A DNA stretch of 45,457 nucleotides, filler included, from Streblomastix strix (lineage: Eukaryota): NCBI GenBank assembly GCA_008636045.1. It is 2 parts of 2 records of this genome, joined end to end, with 100 filler letters (N's around TTAATTAATTAA, not from the genome) between each part and the next. Parts side by side here need not be neighbours in the genome. Positions count along the whole stretch, not along the records: positions 22,792 to 45,457 come from SNRW01000314.1; 1 more part is not named here. One strand, written 5' to 3'. Each line of letters opens with the position of its first letter. Position 1 is the first letter of the stretch. The position numbers and the translations under genes are program-made. The notes below the pieces were generated by a model that saw only the letters and a program-made list of their open reading frames with translations, did no database searches and was not told the origin of the DNA. This document shows, piece by piece, positions 26,852 through 38,042 of this stretch.

Positions 26852-29800
26852 TCAATCCACACCGATTATATAATTATCTAAACTCAATTGCTACCCGTTA
26901 ATGTAAAGGAATGGGGCACAGCACCAATTTTCAAGTACAACTATTTTATTACGAATTAATGTTAAATCTACTTTATTTATTTAAATTTTTGACATTTATT
27001 AATATCTTTAACCAAGGATAATATTTTGAACATAAATAGATTCTCCATTTAAAGATTAATTCAATGTTTCATCGTTTAATTGAACATTTTATTTTAAAAT
27101 TACTCATTTAAAACAATAATTATATAATTTTTCATTTTCATTAAGTTTTGAATTATAAATGTAATGTATTTTTGGAGCTAAAGCGATGCATGCAGTTCCT
27201 TCTGCCTCATAACTGACTTTCAATAATTGTTAATAATAGCCAAAGAATTATGGATAATTTTTTTCGAAAAATTTCTGGTCTTCTATGACGTATTTAAACT
27301 TCTATCTGTAATCTTCTTCGGAATCTGGGTTCCTGCTAATGGCCCATGCCATTGAATCAGAATATCCACATATATAGGGCATCTTGTTCATATCAAATGT
27401 TTTAGTCATAAAATTATAGAAAAAATTTATATACAAATACTTGCTATTATCCAACACGAAATTCGCTGAATAGAGGCCAGTGTTACAGTTGCAGCTCTCA
27501 GTATTAAATTACACAGCAAATAAATCTTCTGTTATTTGTTAGTCATTAATGAATGAATCTTATAGATGAGACAATCACATCCTATCAGAGCTTAATAATT
27601 TTGTTTGTGCGTATTTTTCTTAATTCATTCCATCACTTCCATAACTTGAATTCGTAACTAATTTATAGAATTGTTATTTTCCATCAATTTTTTCATTAAT
27701 TTTCAATATTCGCTGATTCATAAATTCTTTAACAAATGGTTTGAATCTGTCGTGCTTCGAGAATGTTATAACATATTAAATATCATCTATTATGAAATGA
27801 AAATCATCAATGAGAAGCCATAAATAATAATTATTGAATGGCATGAATTATCCATGCATTAATGATAAATTTGTCAATTTTCGTTCAATTTTATCATGCT
27901 ACATATTATTTTCAGCAGCAGATTATACATGTATATCCCTAACGTTTTTTAATCAGTCTTAATATTTATGTTTCTTAAAATCGGAAGAAAATTAATGAAA
28001 TCATTTATATGTTATTCGTCGATGAGTCCTTTAACAACTGCAATAAATAACAGCATTCCTTCAACGTCATTAAATCGATTTGGATTATAAATTAAATTTC
28101 TTGCTGTTTATTTATCAGTTATTTTATCCAGCATTTATCCAGCCATGTATAATTTACCTCCCGCACTTCGTGAGTTTCACATATATTTATTGAACTTATG
28201 CGGCTCTGAGCTCATAACACTGGGATATTAACAGTTGAAATCTAGAGTCAAAAGATTGGTCATTGTGTGCTCGGTGTCCTAACTAATGACCTTTCAATCA
28301 ATATATTTTAATTAATTTATTTTAATTTCACCTGCAACATTATAGCGATGCATGACTTATGATAATCCACCAGTGATTCCAGAACGTAAAATTTAATAAA
28401 CTTCTTCATCAGTTATTGTCATTGGTAGCGACTTCAACAGACAGAAAATTTTTTTTAATTGTATAACTAATCTTATTAAATTTTCATCTTTATTTGATTT
28501 TAATTTATTGCTGAATATGCAGCACGGTTTTACGTTATCTGCAGAATGGCCCCTGTCGTTGTTGATTCTATCTAATGTTGGAGGATTTTTACTTGTGAAT
28601 CGTGCCTTGTATATGTGGCATGCTGTCTATAGAAATAATTTTCTGTAGAACGCACAATCTGATTCTTTGATATTGTTGCTTGTGTCTCTATTTCTTTTTT
28701 TATTTATTCCAGATAATTTTAAACTTTAATGTTCCAATAATTTTATGTCAAAATAAATGAGGCATAATCATCTTTTGGCGTATAATCTTAATCCAGTTTG
28801 AAGTCCCAATAAGCAAGAGCATATTTAATAGCATTATCGCATGCTGACATCGACATAAACTACAGCATATCAATTTTATAATTGAAGAATATATCAAATA
28901 AGTAATCAAGGGGCTCAATCATCAGGCGGGTATCTTCAAGGTTATAGTGTCGAAAGTAATCGCACCTGTTCGAAAATTACTAAATAATAAATAAATAATT
29001 TTAATATTTTTCTTGACTTATATTTTTATTTTTAATTGTGCTATTAAACGCATCAATAGGAAATGGTTCTGATTTATCGAGCTCTTAAACATAATTATCG
29101 AAGTTGATGAATTCATATGGAAACTTTAATTTGGCTGACGTTGTTTGCGTCGTTTTAGACGTGAAATCTTTTATGAATTACTTTAATTTCATTTTTGTAA
29201 AATAAATCATCGCATCGATGAACCTCAATTTTATTCCTGATATGTTATGCTTAACAATGATTTATTTGGCGTTTGAACCACTATCAAGATATTTAATGAT
29301 TTGCCACTCATCTCTCTATAAATTATTAAATTATATAGCTAAAAGAAAGATTAGGGAAATTATATGGGGAAATATGGGAAAACTTGAAAAAAGCTGTCAT
29401 TGATGTCATTGATGTTGAGGTGATGATCTGATAAAGATTTATCGATTGACGTGCAGCGGGTAATAAAATACCATTCACGTTCTAAATATTAAGGGTTCTC
29501 AGATATTTTAATTATTTCATCTCCAAAAATAGGGTTTTTGATTGTTATGTGTAAAATTGGATTTTCAAAAATAATTATTATGAATTTTAATATTTCATAA
29601 TGAAAATTGTTTTTTAACTCATTTTTACGCTTTCATGTTTTTTAGGTTTTCCGGATAGTCATTATGCAAATTTCTCTTGTGCAGTTGACGCGCATATTAA
29701 TTGTGATGTCGAAATGTAGTTTTTCTTCATTTATTTGTTTCTTACTTCCAACTGGAGTGTCTATCTTCATATACGCTTAAGGATTTGCTAATGTATATTA

Positions 29801-30540
29801 TTTATAGCCTGTCTTTTAGGTTTCAAAAGGATTTCTTTTGAAAATATCTTTGTTTGGTGGTCTACCCCAGTCTAAAGCACCAATATCATAGACTGTATTT
29901 AAGTTTTCAGATTTATGAATGTCTTTCTAAATTGCTTAACGATATCTTTCAGTTAACTTCTCTTATGCAGCAGTTACTTCTTGCGGATAATCTTAAAAAA
30001 TTGAACATTAACCAAGATCTTCTTAAGATTCTGTAGTATATTCTTGATTTAACTATTAACTTTCTTTTTCTTTCTATCTGGGACTTTTAAAATTCATAAG
30101 CTAGTTCAATTATTATTCTTCTGTTATAACCGGTCTACAAGATATTAAATCCATGAATGATTGATTAATTCTAGCATTAATGTTTTCCTCATATCTACCA
30201 GCATTTTCAACGTATTTTTCTTATATTAATCTTCCTTCATTATTTACTCTGAGATCCGTCTCGTATAAATCTTACAATAAACTATTGGGAAAACCTGGTC
30301 TATAAACTAGTCGACGCGCTTTGTGATCTGTTAATCCAAGCACTCCAGCCATTGCATCAACAGGTCTTATTGACGGATCAACTCTCATAATTTCATCTTC
30401 AATAGCGCGTTTTTCTGCGGTTGAAATTCGTCTCCTTAATTTCAGTCCTCTGACTAACATAATATCAGATATTTTCGACACGGTTATAGGATTATACTTC
30501 TACTTTTTTATTTATCTTTACCTCTTTTTTGATTAAATTT
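26852..30540 (-). pseudogene. protein-primed family B DNA polymerase, copy 2 (with HNH insert), frameshifted
   Basis: FIDAMIYF and KFPYEFI exonuclease-region motifs, HNH-like PTLDRINNDRGHSADNVKPCC (~28520-28620), motif A LDFNCQYPSVM (~28230), motif B YKLVTNSSYG (~27650), degenerate motif C ICGYSDS (~27365), ALAPK, terminal CAPFLY...TGA at 26852. Confidence 0.88.
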
Positions 30541-30601
30541 GTTATCTCCTTTCTGAATGAAAAATGAATATAAAATACAATTTATTTTTGGAATTCCTGA
30601 A

Positions 30602-31375
30602 ATGTCATCTTTAGGATTGTAAATCATCTGTTCCGACTCCGTTTCTGACTATGTTTAGCGGAAAACATCTATTCCAAGTGAATGTAATCCATTCTAAGTT
30701 AATTCTCTCAACAATATGCTTTTTGAACTTATTTATTATCTGAATCGGGATTATCTTGAAATTGAACATTACTTAACATTACCTCCAGCTTGAAAATTAT
30801 ATGAATAATCAGTTAATAGTGATGAAATATATAAATTTACTGCTATTACAGAGATTTCTAAGGTCGTAATTGACTTTAACACAACAATCAATAATAAACA
30901 TACTAATGAAACTAATTTGCAGCAATACTTGTATTCGCCATTATTGATGTGCGACACAAAAACTTAAATAAATTTGTTCATTGACACTTAAGAATAATAC
31001 TTCAGAACAATTAGCACAAGTAATGGTGGAGCAATATGTTTTAACAATGCTGTGAACGAGCATACTCAGAAGTTATCAGATGGTAAATTATCTCTTAATA
31101 TTAATGAAGGTATTAATATTGTATCATTTGTAATTAACTTCATAAATCTCCGTATTGACTAATTTCTTTATAGGTATTTCTTGTTTGGCAATGGATGCTA
31201 TTATCTATTAATTGGCATAATTCGATTATATTCGTCCTTAACCAATAATTACTTAGCTACGGTTGTGCGATTTATGACAACAACATAAGTGTAGTCTGTA
31301 AAAATAAGATATTTACAAAGGAAACAGTATAACATTAATGACTATTCTTAAATTTAAGACATTCTTAACCAATGA
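30602..31375 (+). pseudogene. hypothetical viral protein (~257 codons, one internal TGA at 30791)
   Basis: Continuous frame MSSLGLQIIC...IQDILNQ* with TAR=Gln, head-to-head with pPolB copy 2. No recognisable motif. Confidence 0.5.
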
Positions 31376-31384
31376 ATGTTTAAT

Positions 31385-32077
31385 AAATAACTATGTAATC
31401 CATCATAAACAGCATAAATTCATTTCCAATCAGAATTATATCTTCATTTTCTGGTTTAAATTCTAAATATTGGGTGTTAATATACACTATTGTCAACCGA
31501 TAATTGTTTTATGGATAATATATTCCTGAAGATCTTTCATAAATCTCTATTTAAAAAATAATTCTTTCTGAAAATTATAAGTTTTTGAATCCTTAAAGCA
31601 TCATATTATCGCCAAATTTATATGTGTAATTAAATGGTGCTTTAGACTTATATGAAGGATAATCAGAAAACGGTGCAAATCCTATTGTAAATAATAAATC
31701 ATCTGTTAAATTCATTGATCTTGAAACTTGATAATATAAAACTTAATATGATAACTAGAGTTAAGAGTTTGAAACTCCTGTTTTATGCACTTTCGTAGGC
31801 AATTTCTAACAATATCCTCAGATGCTGATCATAAGTGTCTCAAACTAATTGTAAAGAATTACATTATAAGGAATTGGCGGATAAGATTTCTCAAATGTAT
31901 ATTATAAGTAAAATCTTATTGGCGCACGTGTATTATATGGTTAGAATATGTTATCTTAACAATGTATGATCGGTTAAAACAAGAGTGTTGTGTTCATTTT
32001 ATTTGATAATTTTGGCTGAAAAATACCGATGCAATTCATGGATATTTATAATAACTTGTTGCTGCAAATTCAGACAT
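31385..32077 (-). pseudogene. beta-rich viral protein, candidate minor capsid/penton, frameshifted
   Basis: ...SMNLTDDLLFTIGFAPFSDYPSY...NYTYKFGDNMMLQGF...IIFQIEIYERSSG...ILIGNEFMLFMMDY. Alternating hydrophobic pattern, about 230 codons, directly downstream of the putative MCP. The function is inferred from size and context only. Confidence 0.35.
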
Positions 32078-32095
32078 AATGAGATCTTTATCGAT

Positions 32096-32225
32096 GGCGG
32101 AAGGGGGTCAAATTGAATTAAATTATTTTTAGACGTCTCGATAGACCTCGATGCTCGCGGCTTAGGGGGTCACATTTGAAGTAATTTTAGACCTACTCAG
32201 CAGATCTCGAGGTTCGCAGCTTAAT
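32096..32225. repeat. imperfect ~60-bp direct repeat (2+ copies), GC-enriched
   Basis: GCGG(AA/CTTA)GGGGGTCA(A/C)ATT...TTTTAGAC...AGA(C/T)CTCGA..(C/T)TCGC occurs twice, followed by a partial third start (GCAGCTTA). Confidence 0.7.
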
Positions 32226-32405
32226 AATAATAAAATTGGATCATTCTTAATTATCAGATCCGCAAACATTATTTATTATTTTTCCACTGCATGAGTATCG
32301 TTGAAGAATGCAGACATTTCTTTTCCTAATTTGCAAAAAAAATTACCATGCATTTACGTATACTCATCAAACGAAGTTTGGTGACGAGGAACGCAGTCAT
32401 CCACT

Positions 32406-34356
32406 TCATTCTATTGTTCTACCTACTTTACCTATAATTTCAAAGTTTAAAACCTATGGATCAGGAGAATCATCGAATGTAAATCTAATAACTGCATCAC
32501 ATAGATAATGCATTTACGGCGTGATCTAAGCATTAGATGGTTAAGGATAAGCTCTTGTTGCAATAAATTATATAAGATTATTTTAATTATCTTAGTTCCC
32601 AGGGGCTGCGTCAAGTATAAATGAACTATCTATGATATCTGGAGTTAAACTCCCTTATAAAGTGACTTGAATATTAGTTCTAGCTCCCATTTTAGATGAA
32701 ATATATCCCCAAATGAATGAATCATCCGTTGCCATCTTCCATGCCAGCATAAATTTATGAGCATAATATATTTTTACTGCTTTACTACCTACGTATAGCG
32801 TTGTATTATAGAATATGTTCTCTCTATCTTCAAATCCAATACCCATATAACCATAGTAATTTTCATTGAAATCATTTATAGTTTAATTTTGAAAAAAAAA
32901 TAATTGATACAAATCAGATGGTGCAGAAACAGGATCTTACTCAACAAAATTCTCGAACATTTATCCAGTAACTATGGGATTTAACGATACATATTCTTAT
33001 GGAATAAGATGTCGCTGATCAATTTTCAAATTGAACTTCTAAAATAATACTGGAAACATCCAACTTGGATACTGATTCATAGCAAATGTAATAAACATTG
33101 CTTTAATGTTAGAATATGACATTATACTTTGCATTGAACCGCCATTTGCAGAAAATCCTTGAAATGGGAAATTACTTGATTATGTTCGTATAATTTATGT
33201 TGGGAAATTCAATATTTTTTGAACTCTTATCACATCAATGATTGCTTCTTCATTTTCCATGTTGAAACATACATTATTAATGTCTAACTTAGTAAATCTA
33301 GCATCCTTGATTTAATTAATTGAGTTTGATGGTTTTCATTCATCAGGTGCTTTTCCTTACATGTTAACAAGTCTTACCGAAAATGCATTATACGCACTTT
33401 TATCTAAATTTAGTAAGAAAATTATATCGGGTTTTTCTAGTAGAATCATTTAATAAGCTAGATGACTATTCATTATAGTATCAGACTTATTTAACAATAC
33501 AACCTTCAAATCTTATAAGAAATCTTAGATCCATAACTATAAATATAACAATACAATATTACGTATTAATACTGGAAATGAATTGAAAATAGGATTTAAC
33601 TAATTTAAATCAAGTACACTAGCAATTGTAATTGGATATGGAATTAAATAATTAAAGCTTCCAGCAGCAAAATGTTCAACAGGAATATCTACGAAAATTC
33701 TATAATATTTTCTTCTTCTAACTATAGATTCTAATGATGGTGCACTCACAGAATTCATTGTACATTAATCAGATAATGAATTTGCAGCTATCGCAGCTTA
33801 TTCTCTTGCACAAATTGATGTCTCCCATAGTTTTGTGTTATCATTACAGATTGCTATTTATTAGAATGGGCCACAAGCCTTTAGGTAATCAATCCAAAAT
33901 TTAACATGTTCATCATCACCAATTAGCATTTAGTTTACTTCAGCACTAATTTCCACTGTACGAGCCCAGTCTGCTTATGGATTATCTAATCCACTGAGAT
34001 TTAACTCTAGCTTTTGCTTCTGTTTTTGTACCTAATTCTTCTTTTGATGGCACTAAATTAAGTTATTGTGCCAATCTCTCTCCAGGAATTGTTATTTACT
34101 AATTAATTTAACATGATTATACCATTGAACATGTTGCATTACCTCTTGCGCCAAGGGGAGCACGAGTGTATCTTTGTCCATTACTTATCATCTGAGAAAC
34201 AGGCTGATCAAAGAATTCTTATCGACTCAATGTAAAACTTTATGGATGAATCGATGCCTATCTTAGCGCTTCTGACATTGCAGAATACGTTGAAACATAG
34301 TCACAATGTTATACTTTTGCTAGCTTTGATATGTAATCGCTTGCTGAGAAACTCAT
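32406..34356 (-). pseudogene. putative major capsid protein (double jelly-roll type inferred), ~640 codons
   Basis: ATG at 34356, frameshift near 34000-34140, then one long frame with a single internal TGA (33336-33338) ending ...MHYLCDAVIRFTFDDSPDPQVLNFEIIGKVGRTIE* at 32406. Beta-rich, MCP-like size, duplicated together with pPolB and integrase. The fold assignment is inference. Confidence 0.6.
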
Positions 34357-34445
34357 ATTGCGTACAGTTTGTTTATAATTTAAAATAACGTGTACGTTTT
34401 ATTATTCATACAAACGCACAAGCAAGAAAACATACTATAACAATC

Positions 34446-34652
34446 ATGGAATTCTTTTCTGGATTGAAGAATTTTAGAAGTAAGATATTGGGCGGAATCA
34501 AGAAAGTAAGTTCATGGATCGCCCCCACCGTTCATAAGATAATGGGCGGACTAAGTGGTCCGGTTTCAATGTTGCATCCCGGGGCTGGTTAGATTATGGG
34601 TACGATTGATAATATTGCAGGCGGAATTGATCGACATTTAAATAAAAGATGA
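34446..34652 (+). CDS. 68-aa amphipathic Gly-rich peptide, candidate membrane-penetration (pVI-like) virion protein
   Basis: MEFFSGLKNFRSKILGGIKKVSSWIAPTVHKIMGGLSGPVSMLHPGAGQIMGTIDNIAGGIDRHLNKR*. Intact ATG-TGA frame, GC-richer than its flanks, divergent from the MCP start. Confidence 0.65.
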
Positions 34653-34749
34653 CGATTAATATTGATTACAAAAATACAACATTATTATTTTTCAAAATCG
34701 TAAACGATTTAGTGACGAGCTTGCGCAGTCACTTATTCTGAATATAAAG

Positions 34750-34962
34750 ATGGAGAAATTATATTTGTGTGCGGAATCTCTTGACAAAATTCGTAATGCG
34801 TCGGATTACGATGTGTTTAAGATATTTGAAGCACTGATTGATGATATGGAATTAGATGATGAGTAAAATAATTCTTTGAATAGAAAAAATAAAAATATAA
34901 TGACAGATTTGGTATAAATACAGAATAAACATAAGATATTTTAAGTTATATTCACTATTTGA
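34750..34962 (+). CDS. small acidic hypothetical protein (70 aa)
   Basis: MEKLYLCAESLDKIRNASDYDVFKIFEALIDDMELDDEQ...FTI*, open with TAR=Gln. Confidence 0.45.
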
Positions 34963-35059
34963 TCATGCTCAACTGAGTTAACTAATAAGCAACTGCGTTG
35001 CCAGCCAACTAATGTAGTAGCTAATAACCGCAAAATAGTTAGTTATCAGCATCTTAAAT

Positions 35060-35467
35060 AAACCAATTATATATCTATCTTTCTTTATCACTTGCTTCTG
35101 ATATAACGTATCTCTAAATTTATTATGATTTTTGAATCATATCCATCTTTTTCTTAATTTGATTATATTCATTTGCATAATATATATTGCTTTGACCGTA
35201 TATTTTATTTTTATAGTCTTCTTCATCAACGAATTATTTCATTTGCTTCAATTTTCATGATAAATTTGTAAATTACTTGTTAATTTTTTACAATTCTTTA
35301 AGTAATATATGCAATTATTCTGATTTATCTTTAATTAACAGAGATTACAGTGTTTCAATTGTTGATTTAATAAAATCTTCATCCTCATAGTTTGTTTTTG
35401 TTAATTCAGTGAAGAGCAATTTTGTAGCTAACAACGAAGTTGGCAGTTATTTTTGTGGTTTTGACAT
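35060..35467 (-). pseudogene. small helical hypothetical protein, disrupted
   Basis: MSKPQKQLPTSLLATKLLFTELTKTNYEDEDFIKSTIETLQSLLIK..., followed by a stop or frameshift near 35250. Confidence 0.35.
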
Positions 35468-35537
35468 TTAATATCAAAAACAAATTCAAAAATGAAGTTG
35501 TTTTCATGAGAACGGAGTTTTCATGTGAATTTCATTC

Positions 35538-36100
35538 TCATGGAGGAATTGATCCTAATGTTATTGGTTTAGCACGCCGATATATTTTAGCTCCATCACT
35601 GTAGAATCCACCTTCTGTTCCAAAGCTATTTATGTCCCATAAGAGTGCATTACCAGCAGAATAATTAACTGATCCACTGCTTGCACTACCAGTAGTTCCT
35701 ATACCAGCAATAACAGAGCCATTGAAAGATAATGTGTTTCCATCTTCACTAATTCTTAATCCTCTAGAGGCGTCACTTGCATCAGGTGTCAATACTATTA
35801 TAAAACCTAATGGATTATTAAAATAATTACTCGGAGGAGAAGAAATAGCCCATTATACTGCAATTTTTCCTGTATTTGCAGTTTTACTACAACCCAACTG
35901 AATCTCAGCACTACCTGTACTTTCTACTGTTCTTGAAATTCTTAAATCATCAACTGTCAATTAATATTCACTTCCTGATAATTAACTACTGGAACTTGAT
36001 GAATTCCTCTGATATTGTATGAAATATTGGAAATCTGATTATATTAATGAACGAATCACTTATATCTGTTGTTAACTCAATGATTTTGCTAAAGTCATTT
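35538..36100 (-). pseudogene. C-terminal fragment of a Gly/Ser/Thr-rich beta protein, candidate fibre/receptor-binding protein
   Basis: LRISRTVESTGSAEIQLGCSKTANTG...RGLRISEDGNTLSFNGSVIAG...GGFYSDGAKIYRRAKPITLGSIPP*. Short beta-turn repeats typical of fibre shafts. No clear start. Confidence 0.45.
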
Positions 36101-36799
36101 GAAAGTTAGGCAAAAATAAATATAGATACTCACGAAGTGAACTGGCAACAAAGTTGAAAAATATAAGGAAAAAATAAAGGTATTTAAGTAAAAGAGATCA
36201 GCAGAGGAATAATAACGTCAACAATAAACTCTGTCATAAGCTGAGAATCCCGAACCATAAGAAGAAATTCCTGAAATATGATTTAATGAAACATATTTAT
36301 AGTGATTGCGTACCTCATCAACAAGCTGGTGAAAAATATATATCTAAAAACTAATTTCATTCTTATTTAATCTCTTATTTTTATTACGCAGCTTCTTTTA
36401 AATCCACAATATTTGCAAATTTCATTATTTTCTTATCCTTTTCATCGAATTTATCTACGATTTAATGCATTTATGCAAGGTAAACTTCATTGTTTACAAT
36501 CAATCTTCGCAATCTATCTATTAAATATTGCCAAGAATCAGGTGCAAATTACCGATATACTTTTATTTTTAATAATTCCTTTGCAGGTACACGTTTACGG
36601 CTAATTTTAGCAATTTTAGTGCTTCTTCTTCTGTTTTATATTTAAATTGCGATGATTATCTCTTTATGTCAGCGACCCCTGCATCAGCGACGCTTTGCAT
36701 CGCTATCTAATCCCTCCGAGATTCGTTTTATCATTGCATGATTCAGAATTTTACATTTTAATTTTCTTATTTTATAAAAAGACAATTTCTATTTTAGTA

Positions 36800-37983
36800 G
36801 ATCACATATTTTGAAATATTATTTATATTTTTAATCTAATTGACTTATATTTTTGGCAACCAATTTGCAATATTAAACAGGTAATTCTATAATATTCACA
36901 TCAGAATATGGTTTTAATAACTTACTGATCACATTTCCATATGAATATCTTATAAATTCGGCTAATTCATTGAAATTTTTTCTTTATTTAGCGAACTGAT
37001 GCCCTGTTTTAGAATAATCAAGATGAATCATAAGAATATTTACCGGAGAAAATGATATAAGTCCTAATTTTGTTTGTTATTTTTTGATTTCAAAGAGTTA
37101 ATATTACTATTAACTTATGAAAATTCCTTCAATATCATGACTAGAATTGGCTTATTATGGCGTAAATTTATTGTCATACGCAGAATGAGGAGTCTAATTA
37201 TACATTTATACCATTTGTTACATCAAATCATTATTTGCAAATTTCTCAGAATCATTACCAAATCCATTGCGAATAGTTCTGATAACAGAATCGACAATTA
37301 TGTTATAATTTGTGAATTTAGAAACTGTAAAGAATGAAGTAATGTTATTCTCTTAACAGAATGTTTTCAATATTTTTCCGTTAAATCCTTTCTCACCATC
37401 GCCTCTGTTATTCGTAATATTATAATTCTTAATCAATATTTACAATACATTCTTGATTTATCCTGCTGATTTATCTCTTAGTGGGAAAATTACGAGATAT
37501 TTTGTGTTAATATTTATGCAGAAGAGATATATTTGATTGGCACGGATGATATGTTCCTCCATAGATAATACCAAATCAATTTCTCAAGATACGAAGTGCG
37601 GAGAATAATACGGACGATTTAACTTAGATAAAGGTTTTATTTAATAATAATTAGGAGTTTCTTGTACATTTTGAGGCATTTCGCCAAGAATCTTCTTATA
37701 TTATTCTATTTTCAATTTAAATGGGTAATTCAATATGTGTTCCTATTCCGGACGCATTATTTTCACTATTCAACCTCGGTTTGTTTCATAATCTTGGAAC
37801 ATTAGATTAATCATGTTTTTATATGTATTATTTATATAATTTCTCAAGCATCATTTCATTGAATTTTCCGAGATTTTACTTATTCAAATTATTGGTAAAC
37901 ATTTAAAATTTCATTTGATTCATGTTATGACATGCGATATATTCGATCCATTATGATACTTTTTTCTATGTTCCGGCGTTCAT
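36800..37983 (-). pseudogene. retroviral-type (rve) integrase of Maverick/Polinton type
   Basis: S*EIDLV (D at 37575), YLFCININTKYLVIFPLRDKS, RGDGEKGF (D at 37398), IVDSVIRTIRN (D at 37290), YNQTPHSAYDNKFTP. Internal TGA at 37584 and an N-terminal frameshift. Confidence 0.85.
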
Positions 37984-38042
37984 TTATAAGTTTATGTAAA
38001 AATAATTTAAGATAAAAATCCGACGGTTTAAAAGCTGCACAT

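Noticed and set aside
36300..36740. Small basic/coiled-coil minus-strand ORF (KTEEEA...)
   Set aside because: Disrupted by a stop and a frameshift; probably a decayed accessory gene but too weak to call.
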